Shown here piece after piece: positions 23,273 through 39,758 of a stretch of 63,648 bases of DNA (positions within the stretch are counted from its first letter, which is position 1; every line of letters starts with the position of its first letter). Source of the stretch: Ascoidea asiatica JCM 7603. Lineage: Eukaryota; Fungi; Ascomycota. The notes below the pieces were generated by a model that saw nothing but the letters and a program-made list of their open reading frames with translations, did no database searches and was not told the DNA's origin. Position numbers and translations under genes: made by a program. The stretch lies in contig BCKQ01000004.1 of the NCBI GenBank assembly GCA_001600695.1, positions 720,282 through 783,929 of the forward strand, written 5' to 3'.

Positions 23273-24604
23273 ATGTTTAAATCTGCTATTAGACAATCTA
23301 CTTTAAATCCATTAAAGAGATCTTTAATTAATCCAATTAATTCAATTAAACCAATAACTTCATTCAATTCAATTAAATCTTTTAATTCAATAAATAATTT
23401 AAATAATTTAAATAATTTAAATAATTTAAATAAACGTAATTTATCAACTGAAACTACAAAAGATATTAATAATAATAATGATGATTTAGTTGATATTACT
23501 TTACCTCCAACTTCTTTTGAAGCTTATGAAATAGATTTACCTGATTTAACTTTTACAACTGAAAAATCAACTTTATTACAAATGTATAAAGATATGATTA
23601 TAATTAGAAGAATGGAAATGGCTGCTGATGCTCTTTATAAAGCTAAAAAAATTAGAGGCTTTTGTCATTTATCTGTTGGTCAAGAAGCTATAGCTGTTGG
23701 TATTGAAAATGCTATAACTAAAAAAGATTCTGTAATAACTTCATATAGATGTCATGGTTTTACTTATATGAGAGGTGCTTCTGTTAAAGAAGTTCTTGGT
23801 GAATTAATGGGTAGAAGAATTGGTGTTTCTTATGGTAAAGGTGGTTCAATGCATATGTATACAACTGGTTTTTATGGTGGTAATGGTATTGTTGGTGCTC
23901 AAGTACCTTTAGGTACAGGTTTAGCATTTGCTCATAAATATAAAAATGAAAAAAATTGTACTTTTAATTTATATGGTGATGGTGCCGCAAATCAAGGTCA
24001 AGTTTTTGAAAGTTTTAATATGGCAAAATTATATGATTTACCATGTATTTATGTTTGTGAAAATAATAAATATGGTATGGGTACTTCTGCTGCAAGATCT
24101 TCTGCAATGACTGAATATTATAAAAGAGGTCAATATATTCCAGGTTTAAAAGTTAATGGTATGGATATTTTAGCAACTTATCAAGCTTCAAAATTTGCAA
24201 AAGATTGGGCAATTTCTGGTAAAGGTCCTTTAGTTTTAGAATTTGAAACTTATAGATATGGTGGTCATTCAATGTCTGATCCTGGTACAACTTATAGAAC
24301 TAGAGAAGAAGTTCAACATATGAGATCAACTAATGATCCAATTAATGGTTTAAAAAGTAAATTATTAGAATTTAATATTGCTAATGAAGATGAAATTAAA
24401 TCTTATGATAAAGCTGCAAGAAAATATGTTGATGAACAAGTTAAAGAAGCTGATGCTTCTCCTCCTCCAGAAGCTAAAATGAGTATATTATTTGAAGATG
24501 TTTATGTTCCAGGTAGTGAAATTCCAGTTTTAAGAGGTCGTATCTCTGATGATTCTTGGGATTTTGCTAAAAATGCCTTTGTTCACACTCACAGACAACA
24601 ATAA
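23273..24604 (+). CDS. PDA1: Pyruvate dehydrogenase E1 alpha subunit
   Basis: IRGFCHLSVGQEA, TPP motif YGDGAANQGQ, TYRYGGHSMSDPG; mitochondrial presequence. ATG is at 23273 (the track start is TTG). Confidence 0.98.
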   Translation: MFKSAIRQSTLNPLKRSLINPINSIKPITSFNSIKSFNSINNLNNLNNLNNLNKRNLSTETTKDINNNNDDLVDITLPPTSFEAYEIDLPDLTFTTEKSTLLQMYKDMIIIRRMEMAADALYKAKKIRGFCHLSVGQEAIAVGIENAITKKDSVITSYRCHGFTYMRGASVKEVLGELMGRRIGVSYGKGGSMHMYTTGFYGGNGIVGAQVPLGTGLAFAHKYKNEKNCTFNLYGDGAANQGQVFESFNMAKLYDLPCIYVCENNKYGMGTSAARSSAMTEYYKRGQYIPGLKVNGMDILATYQASKFAKDWAISGKGPLVLEFETYRYGGHSMSDPGTTYRTREEVQHMRSTNDPINGLKSKLLEFNIANEDEIKSYDKAARKYVDEQVKEADASPPPEAKMSILFEDVYVPGSEIPVLRGRISDDSWDFAKNAFVHTHRQQ

Positions 24605-24968
24605 TTACTCTAATTACCTACTTACATACTTACTTTAGAATTATTTAATCAATAAATTTCAATAAATATTAATCAATACATTTATTTTTACTCAATTACA
24701 TACTTAATACAATACTTAATACAATATTTAATAAGATATTTAATTGTATTTTGTAGTAAACCCACAAACACGGTCTCATTTCCACTCATTTTTTTTGTTC
24801 CGGTGGAGTATTTCTTTACACCATGTTTAAAATTGAAATAAATGAATGAACTGAATATACTGTATATTAAATAGATTATACAATAGTAAATATATTTATC
24901 AATTAATTAACAACTATATAAATATATAAATATATAAATATATAAATATAACCAAATAATATATTAAA

Positions 24969-25639
24969 ATGGAAGCAAATATAAAGAGAATAAACATTCA
25001 GTAAGTCAATTAACTAATTAATAACAAAACCTTAACATATAATTCAATTCATATTCTAACTAACTTTCCTACTTTAGTTCTGCAAATGATTTAAAAAATA
25101 ATTGTGATGATAATTTACCATATATTTTTCAAAAACTTAATTTTAAACAAAATTTTTTATTAAAAGATATTGAATTAACTTTATCTTTAATATTATCAAT
25201 AATTGCTTCAATTACTTATTATATTGATAAAAAATTTGATTTTAAATTATCTTATAATTATACTTTAATCTTAGTTCTTTCTTACATTTTTTTTCAATTA
25301 ATTTTATTAATTCATAATTACTTTTTTCAAAAAAATATAAAATATATTGGTTATTATAATAATGATAATAATAAGAATAATAATAATGACAATAAGAATA
25401 ATAATGATGGAAGAAAAATAATTATTGAAACAACAATAAATAAAAAAAAACCAGAACCAAATTATTTTATTAAAATTCAATTAATAAATTCTAAAATTTC
25501 AAATCCAAAAAAATTAATTAAAAGTAAACCTTTTGAAACTTCAATTAGTTTTACAAAATTATTTAATGAAAATGGTTTTTTACAATTAGATGAATTTCAA
25601 AATTTTTTTCAAAATACAATCTCAAAAATGTCAAATTAA
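24969..25639 (+). CDS. SPC2: Signal peptidase complex subunit Spc2 (absent from ORF track). Exons 24969-25000 and 25078-25639; intron 25001-25077
   Basis: Spliced product MEANIKRINIHSANDLKNNCDDNLPYIFQKLNFKQNFLLKDIELTLSLILSIIASITYYIDKKFDF resembles Spc2/SPC25; two TM helices; late FTKLFNENG motif; GTAAGT/AACTAAC/TAG signals. Confidence 0.85.
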
Positions 25640-25727
25640 TCAAAAATTACATAAAGTATATATATTATATATATTATATATATTATATATATACATAAAT
25701 TATATAAAATTATTATTATTAAATCAT

Positions 25728-26921
25728 TTAATTATCGTAAAAATTACTATTACTTATTTCATTACATAAATTATCAATAAGTTCTTCTTCATTTATTTCT
25801 TTACTTATATCATCCAAATCTTTTTCATTTTTATTATCAATTTCAAATTTTGAAACAAGAAAACTACTTTTATCCATTTCACTAAATTCTCTTAAAAATT
25901 CAACAAAAAACATTGGTAAAATTTTTAATATTGAAATAAATTTTCCATATAAAGGTAAAGTTAATTCACCAATTTTATTTTTTTTAATATTTTTATAAAT
26001 TAAATTTGCAATAATTTTATGATTTAAAATTGGTGCAAAAAATTTTTTTGGTGGTTTAATATCATTAAATAAAATTGTATCTAATTGACCTAATTTAATT
26101 AATAAAAGTTTAATATTTTTTAAATTTTTTAATTTAATTTCATGAATTATTGATTCATGTAATGAAATTATTGAAGATTTTGTCATTGAATAAATTGATA
26201 AATTTGATGGACCAATTAAACCTAAAACTGAAGATATATTAATTATAAATAATTTTCTATTACATGAATTTTTTGAATTTTTTGAATTTTCTGATAATTT
26301 TATAAAAAATTTCATTGAAATTATATATGATAATAAATTAATTTCAATAATTTTAAAAATTTTTGAAATTGATAAATCATTAAAAGATTCATTATGTTTT
26401 ATACCAACATTATTAATTAAAATTGTTACTTTACCAATATTATTTTCAATTTTTTTAAATATATTAATTAATTTATTTTTATTTGAAACATCACAATTGC
26501 AAAAAAAAACTCTATTGAAATAATCAATTTTTTGAGTTTTTTCAATATATTCTTTTTTTAAAATTGAATTATTTAAATTAATATTATCAATTAAACAAAT
26601 TTTACAATTTTTTTCATTAAATAAAAAATTCTTTAAAATTTCATAACCTAAACCTCTAGAACCACCTAAGATTAAAACAACATCATTTGAATTAATCTCA
26701 AATTTATTTGATCCATTATTATTAAAAATTTTAATTTTATAAAAATCATTAAATTTTGAAAGTAAAAAAACTATTACTATTATAAAAATTAAAAATCTTA
26801 TATAATTAGAGTAATATTTCGAAGAGGTATTTAAATCTAAAATAATTAATAAAATAAAACTAATTAATTGTCCATAAAAACCAAAAAAAAGGTCTATACT
26901 AAATTTTGTTGGTTTTAACAT
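25728..26921 (-). CDS. Membrane-anchored short-chain dehydrogenase/reductase (Tda5-like)
   Basis: N-terminal TMs, GGSRGLG, LINNVG, SSVLG, catalytic YSMTK. Confidence 0.85.
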   Translation of the reverse strand: MLKPTKFSIDLFFGFYGQLISFILLIILDLNTSSKYYSNYIRFLIFIIVIVFLLSKFNDFYKIKIFNNNGSNKFEINSNDVVLILGGSRGLGYEILKNFLFNEKNCKICLIDNINLNNSILKKEYIEKTQKIDYFNRVFFCNCDVSNKNKLINIFKKIENNIGKVTILINNVGIKHNESFNDLSISKIFKIIEINLLSYIISMKFFIKLSENSKNSKNSCNRKLFIINISSVLGLIGPSNLSIYSMTKSSIISLHESIIHEIKLKNLKNIKLLLIKLGQLDTILFNDIKPPKKFFAPILNHKIIANLIYKNIKKNKIGELTLPLYGKFISILKILPMFFVEFLREFSEMDKSSFLVSKFEIDNKNEKDLDDISKEINEEELIDNLCNEISNSNFYDN

Positions 26922-27463
26922 TTATTTTAAATTTATTACAAGAATTGAAGAAAATAATTGAAGAAATTAATTGAACATGATTTTTTCAATACTTTATACC
27001 GAATTTGAATTTAGAATATCTTTAAAGTCTAATAGAAAAGTCATTAATAGTGATTATCAATTGACCATTTAAATCTTGATATTAATTCTATTCATTTCTT
27101 AAAATAAAATAGTTCTAAATCTCAAAAATTCAAAAGCAAATTACTAAAAGATGAGAAATAATTTCAGTTTCTTCAGTTCATTGCCTCAGTTACGATTTTA
27201 TCAAACTTTTTATTTTTATTTTCAGCTGTTAATTTTTTAATATTTTTATTGAAATTTAGAAAAGCAGGAAGAAGAAAAACCGCGGGCATGGAAAATAATG
27301 AAAACATTGCGGAAACTACACGGATTTCTGGTGTTTTTTGTTTTGTGCGAGCGAAACGAAATTAACAAAAGGAAACAAAAATAATTAAATTGATGAGAGA
27401 AATGAAATGAAGGAAACAGAGGATTGAAAGACAGGAAATATAGTGGTAATACAAGCAGGAATA

Positions 27464-28471
27464 ATGTTTAGAAATACTTCAATTATTAGCACGATAAGGC
27501 CATTTGGAGTGGTATGTATAGTGTATTGTTTTATTCCGGTAAAATGGTGATTGGTTTTTTTGAGTATCGTTTTACTAACAGATCTTATCTTTTTATTATT
27601 TAGAATCCATTGATTAAAAGTTGTCATTTAGCAACAGCAGCAGAGACAGTAGCTCCAGTATCTCCAGAAACACCAACTTTACATGTTTCAGGTAAGCATA
27701 TTTTTTTATTGATTCAATAATGATAATATAGTTTCATTTATACTAATATTTCTCTTTTTTTTTTATTTAGAACCACCAAAATATGTATTGGCATCATTAA
27801 GAACATTTCCATCATTAGAACCTAAATCATTTATACCAGTTAATGCCAAATATTTAAATGAACCAATTCGTAGAGATATTTTATGGAGAGCAGTTGTAAT
27901 GGAAGCAGATAATGCAAGAGTTGGATCTTCAAATCCTCCAGGACGTTCTCAAAAAGGTTATTCCAGAAGAAAATTACATCAACAAAAAGGTCTTGGTAAA
28001 GCAAGAGTTGGTGATGCAAATTCTCCAATAAGAGTTGAAGGTGGTAGAGCTCATGCAAGAAATGCACCAAATGATTATACAACTAAATTACCTTCAAAAA
28101 TTTATGGTTTATCTTATAAAATTGCTTTAAGTTATCATTATCAAAATGGTAGTTTATTTATTATAGGTAAAGATAAATATGTTGAAGAAGATAAAACTGA
28201 TTTACCAATATGTGATTTTGTAACAGATAATGAAATTGCAACAAAATTATTTTTAAAATCTCATAATTTAAAAAATAAAAATTTATTATTTATTGTTGAT
28301 AATGAAAGAAAAAATTTATTAAATTCTTCTGAATCTTTTGGTTCAAAAATTGATATTATATCTAAAGAACTTGTTGAAGTTAGAGATATATTAAGAGCTC
28401 AAAGAGTATTTATTGAATTACCTGCTCTTAAATTCATAAGTAAAGGAATTAGAGATTTACAAAATCATTAA
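27464..28471 (+). CDS. YML6: Mitochondrial ribosomal protein uL4m. Exons 27464-27511, 27604-27691, 27771-28471
   Basis: PPKYVLASLRTFPSLEP, IRRDILWRAVV, QKGLGKARVGDANSPIR. Introns 27512-27603 (GTATGT/TACTAAC/TAG) and 27692-27770 (GTAAGC/TACTAAT/TAG) splice in frame to a presequence MFRNTSIISTIRPF. Confidence 0.9.
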
Positions 28472-28808
28472 ATTAAAAACATTTTTTACAATAAACATTG
28501 ATATAATACTTGTATATAAAAATAAATTAATATAGTATAGATCAAAAGCTGTGTTTTACAAACTTTGCTTTTCTCTCTCTCTCTCTTCAATAGAATAAAT
28601 ATTTCGGATTTTTCACCACTCAACTCAGAAGTCTCGATAAATTTAGTTGAACCAACTCAGATCAACACTCAGATCAATTTCAGCTTGTGAAATTTTCATG
28701 TTAAGTTCGAACACTCCAAAAACACAAAAACACAAAAACACAAAAGCCAATTCTAAATCTAGAACGTTTTTGAGGTTTGACAATTCTAAACCTTAATTTA
28801 GAATTACT

Positions 28809-28871
28809 TTTGCAGCCCTACTTTTAAAAAATTATTTATCAAATTTGCAGCCCTATATAAATTCACGTGAA
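28809..28871. promoter_or_regulatory. RPS18 UAS: two TTTGCAGCCCTA (Tbf1-like) sites plus a Cbf1 E-box
   Basis: Direct repeats at 28809-28820 and 28844-28855; TTCACGTGAA at 28862-28871, about 270 bp upstream of the ATG. Confidence 0.65.
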
Positions 28872-29140
28872 ATGTGTAAAAATTATACACAATGACTGCT
28901 TTTCAGCCAACTCGAGCAACTCAAACTTGACTTGAAGCGGTACTCGCTTATCTAATCACTGCATAATCAGTCTTTTTCTACCGGTGGGTTTTTGGAAATG
29001 CTCCAATTTTCCACTTTGCGTAGCGATAACTTCAATATATTGAATATACTGAATATATTAAATAAATCAATTAATCTAAAAATTATACATACTTCTAAGG
29101 AACAAAAGTAATCAGTAAAAAAAAAATAATCATAGTCAAG

Positions 29141-30253
29141 ATGTCTTTAGTTGTTCAAGAACAAGGTAGTTTCCAACACATTTTACGGTATGTTTAACTA
29201 AAAGACTTAAAAATTGGGAGTGAATATGAATATGAAAATTGAATGATTATCAAAAATGAAATAAAATGAAAAAGAATTAATAAAAATGAAAATAGAAAAT
29301 AGAATAAAGAATATAGAATATACCAGTATTGAAAAAGTAAAATGAAGAAGATAAGAAAATGATTTTGAATTCAATATCCTGCGAAGAATATCATTAAGTC
29401 ATAATTTTCAAATAGAGTACAAATCATCTTTGAAAATGAAACTTGATCTAAAGATCAAAGAACTTTTATTAAAATATAGAAAATAGTCTTTTCTTTAGAT
29501 TCTCTACAGATTGATAAATATGAATCAGACTATTCATAAATATCAAAAATCTTATGAAGAAATGCATATTTGAAAATCATGGGAAATGTCTATATACTGA
29601 ATAAGTCGTTTCTCAAAATGCATATCATGAAATTTATAAATAAAAATATCTTATACATTCTATACATTTTTTATGAATATACTAAAAGTATAAAAGATAG
29701 AAACTAAATAACTTTCAACATTTATTGTAAAATTTGATATTCATTTTTTAGAAGAACCCTTTTAATTTTACAACTTAAAATCATTTAAATCACAATTCTA
29801 AATTACTAACTTTTTTTTTTTTTTTTTTTTTTTCATTAATATAGTTTACTTAACACCAATGTTGATGGTAGAATTAAGATTATGTACGCATTAACTACCA
29901 TTCGTGGTGTTGGTCGTCGTTATGCAAATTTAGTTTGTAAAAAAGCTGATGTAGATTTATCAAAAAGAGCTGGTGAATTAACTCAAGAAGAATTAGAAAG
30001 AATTGTTACAATTATGCAAAATCCAACTCAATATAAAATTCCAGCTTGGTTCTTGAATAGACAACGTGATTTTACTGATGGTAAAGATTATCATACTTTA
30101 GCAAATCAATTAGAATCAAAATTACGTGATGATTTAGAAAGATTAAAGAAAATTAGAGCTCACAGAGGTATTCGTCATTATTTTGGTTTAAAAGTTAGAG
30201 GTCAACATACCAAAACCACCAGTCGTCGTGGTAAGACTGTATCTGGTAGATAA
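29141..30253 (+). CDS. RPS18: 40S ribosomal protein S18 (uS13). Exons 29141-29187 and 29845-30253; 657-nt intron
   Basis: [24 protein letters not shown]; GTATGT at 29188, TACTAAC, long poly-T, TAG ending 29844. Confidence 0.98.
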
Positions 30254-30570
30254 TTTTATTATTTCAAGTTTTTGTACTTATATCTTATCTAATTATCTAA
30301 ATTTGTTTGTTATCTAATAAATTCTTAACTTTCATATCAATATGAATTATTCAATCCTTGTAGTAATATTACAATTGTTCCATAATATTATGTTATTATT
30401 TATAATTTATTATTTTTAGTTACTATTTATTATTTACTATTTAGCTGCAAAATAATAACTATTTCTATCTATACAAAATTTGGACTTAAACTAAAATTAA
30501 TACAAACAAAAACTTAAAAAAAAAGAAAATCATATCATTCAGATTATAACAAGCAACAAAAATCTTGACT

Positions 30571-35535
<4,965 letters not shown>

Positions 35536-36880
35536 TTATTATTATTGATTATTAGTTTTGAATTTGAATTCGGATTATAAATAATTGTTAGAATTGTAAC
35601 TAATTATATGTGTATATGAATATATGCATGCAAAAATATATATATATATACTGTATATAGATATATTAAACTATTTCCATTGAATGGTTTTTATTTATTT
35701 GTGATTGAGAAAATACTGAATTGAAAAGATATTTAATTGATATAATCTAAATTTAGAACTTGTTTGAAATTAAATGGAAACTAAGTTGGGATATTGTGAA
35801 TAAATCTAATTCACCGGTGTTTGAGTTTTAAGTAGTTAACTAAGAGATTTAGACAATAATTGGTAGGGATTTCTTTGATTAAATTAAAAATACGAAAAAA
35901 TGATTTAAATAATTTAGTTGTTAGATTAATTGAAACTTTATTAGATAATTGTAGATTTAATTGATAAGCTAAAACTCTCCAAAAAAAAAGAGTGTGAAAT
36001 CAAAAAAATTTAAATTTTACTCTGGTATTTAAATATTTTGACTTTAGGATTCCAAATTAAGGGTAATAATAAAAATTGTCAGTGGAATCGTATATTAAAG
36101 CCTAAACAGATAAAGTCATAAATAAGCTTCAAAGAGATTAGACCTCCACATTATGAGATATTAATATGAAATTCTAACATCTATTACTAATATCAAAATA
36201 ACAAATAATAATAGCAAATATAATAAAATATTAATCAATGAGTCAAAAATTGCTGAAATTTGATTGTAAAAAGCGAAGAAAACAGACTTTTTTTTCGGAT
36301 TTGAGTTGAAAAATAGAGTTTTATGGACATGAATATAAATATGACTAATATTTGAACAATAACTAATTTAAATAATTGAGTGAAACTTTAAAGAAAAGAT
36401 AATAAATATGACTAATGTAATAAAAATACGATAAGTTTTTTAATATATTTTAGTTATTTATTTAGATATGTAAAATTATACAGTTTAAGAAATTTTTTGT
36501 GATTAGAATATAAAACAACAATCTTAATCAGAATTAAAGAATATAGAGATTTGAGGAAAGAAAGAAAGGGGGAAAAAAAAAGGAAAAATTGAAAAACTAG
36601 CTATTAAAGATACAAAGATATCTAAATATAAAGCAAAAGTACAACATGAATGTATAAATTTTTATGAGACAATAAAACAACTATAAGATGATAATATGAC
36701 ATGATGAAATAATGAGATAAAGTGATAAAAATAAGATGAAATTTATGAATACAAATATTGAAAGCAAAAATATATGATAGTAAAGAAATAAAAGCTAAAA
36801 GAGAAAGGTTAAAAAAAAAAGGAGAAACGAAAAAAATATATTTTTTTGTTATTTATTATTTTTTTAATTAATAATTTTAA

Positions 36881-38617
36881 TCACCAAAATCTCCAAGATA
36901 AATTAGAATCAATACCGTAAACTTTTTCAATTTCTTGTTTTAAATTAAAACCTAATAAAACATCAGGAGAAAATAAATCTAAAGATATTTTTGAATCATT
37001 ATTCAAACTTAATTGAGAAGTTGATTTTGAAATATTTAAAGGAGAATTCGATAAAGAATTAATTGGAGAACTTAAAGCTGAAGATGAATTTGAATTTGAA
37101 TTTGAATTTGAGATTAAATTAGATGATAAGGATAATGAAGAAGAAGAAGATTCTGATAATGAAAGTGATAATGAAGAATTAAAAGAGGTAGAAGGTGTAG
37201 AAGAATTTGTAGAATTTGAAAAAGATTTTTGAAAATCTTTTAATAAAGAAATTGCAATACCTTTACCACCTAAAGAAGTTTGAAAAGTTTGAAAACCTTC
37301 AATATTAAAAATTTTAGTTAATTTTAAAATTTTTTGATCAAAATTATCAATATCATCATTTAAAATTGTTATTGCACAACCTCCACCACCAGCACCAGTT
37401 AATTTAGTTTCACCAATATTTAATAAATCACAATTTAATTTAATTTTTTCTAAAGTTGGATGAGAAACACCTAAAGAAATTAATAAACCATGATTAATTC
37501 TAATTAATTGATTAATTTTTAATTTTGAATTTTTATCTAAATATGGATTAATTAATAAATTATAAGCTTCATTTGTTAAATTTTCAATTGAATCTAAGAT
37601 TGAATTTGAAATTTTTGGAAAATTATTAATTAAATTTGAAACATTTAAAACTAAATCTGAAGTTTTTCTTTGATGAGTTGTATTTGTTAATAATAATTTT
37701 AAATTTGGAAAATTTGTAAATTTAGTTCTAATTATTGGAGAATTTAAATTTAATTTAATTCTTTGAAACATTATTGCACCACCAAAAGTTGAAACAGTAT
37801 TATCAATACCAGAAGGATTACCATGAATACATTTTTCAGCCATAAAAGCCCAAGAATCAATAAACTTTATATCTTTTTCATCTTCGTTATCATTATTAAT
37901 ATTGGGATTTGAATCAGTAGTTGTTAAAGAAGAAACAGATGATGAAGAGGAAGAAGAAGAAGGGGTTTTTACATGATTACCTAAGATTGATAAAGCTGCG
38001 GCTAAACAAACTGCTAAAGAAGCTGAAGAACCTAAACCAGCGCCAATTGGTAAAGTTGATCTTGTAGTTAAAGTAAAACCTTTTAAATTTTTTATATTAT
38101 TTTTAGTTTTATTGTTTTTATTATCATTTGAATTACATAATAAATTAATATAAAGATATAAAAATGCAAAAGCAGATGCATAATGTATAGAATCTTTAAT
38201 ATCATAAATTAAATTATCAGAAATATAATCAACAATCTCAGGAATTAAATCATTAGTTGGAATTGAAGAAGAAATTGAAGAAATTGAAGATAAATTTTGA
38301 AATTTTGATAAATTCCAATTATGATTAAATTTTATATCTGGAAATTTTAAAGATATTAAATTTGAATTATTTGGAGTTATTAAAAGGTAAGTTCTTAAAG
38401 AAACAGCAGCAGCAATTGCAGGCTAAATTAAAAAAATATTGTTAGTTTTTTTTTGAAATTATTAAAATTTTTCATAAGCGCCATAAGATTTATATATTTA
38501 TACATACAGTATATTTATATTTATATTTATACTTACTTTACCATATACGGCGGCATGTTCACCAAATAATATTACTTTTCCAGGAGAAGAAACTAGAAAT
38601 GGATCAAATGAATTCAT
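36881..38617 (-). CDS. ERG12: Mevalonate kinase. Exons 38617-38537 and 38422-36881; intron 38536-38423
   Basis: SSPGKVILFGEHAAVYGK/PAIAAA, PIGAGLGSSAS, HGNPSGIDN, KLTGAGGGGC; GTAAGT/AACTAAC/TAG intron. Confidence 0.95.
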
Positions 38618-39758
38618 TTTAATTTTATATTTTATTGAAGAATATGAAGGTTATGATTTTGTTATTGATGTTGAAGTTGATGTTGATGTTGATTAAGATT
38701 GAGAATGAGATTGAGATTGAGAGTTTTGATAATAATTGTAAGATAAGAATATGAAATGAATATTAATTAATTTTAAACATTGAATTGTAATGGAGATAAA
38801 TGAAATGAAATGAGTAAATATTTTATATTTTCTTATAGATGATGATATTATAGATATTATAGATATATTACAATAAAGAATACAATAAAGACTATCCTGA
38901 AGATATTCTCTAGAACGAGCGACAACGAGTTGAATCTATCTCTGGGCAGATGCAAATATATATAGAAATATATATCTAAATATATGTAGAATTGGAAATG
39001 GAATAGTAGTAGATATAGGATTCTGGAATAGAATAAATATACAAATACAGTAAGCAGTGCATCCACTAGTACCACTACCACTACTACCACCACTACCACT
39101 TCTTATCTCATCACTTGTTCTCGTGTCACAGCAACAGCAACAACAGCAAACAACTCCAGCACCGTTCTTTGTCAGTCTCCAGTACTGCCACCACCACCAC
39201 TACTACAGTACTACTACCACTATTCTCTTTGTATTCTCTAACCACAGAGCAACACTCGTTCTTTGTTTTGCTGTTATTATCCAAGTTGTTCCATTTATAA
39301 AGGGTATTATCACCTGAATGTTCTTATCCTGAACTTTTTACTATAACAATTAGTCCTACTAACACAGGTATCACCCTCTTCTTTTTAGTGTCAATCCTTT
39401 ATATTGCCCTCGATTATTTCGGTAATTATTTTTCACTTTCAATCAATCAATCAAACAAATAAATAAATAATGAATAACAATAAGTAATAAGAATACACAA
39501 GTCAATATAAAGACAATCACAATTACCAAGTGAAGTTATGATTTATTTATTTTTTTAATCACTTTTTCCCATTGTTGTTTCCCATTTTGTTATTCATTTG
39601 ATTATTCATATAAAATTCTACATCTACGTATTATAATAATCATTCATTCCATTTTTTTTAATTATTAATTATTTAATGTATTACAAAAAATTCAATTTTT
39701 CAAAATTTATTCATATATACATAAGTATATTTATATATATTTATATATATTATTGAAT

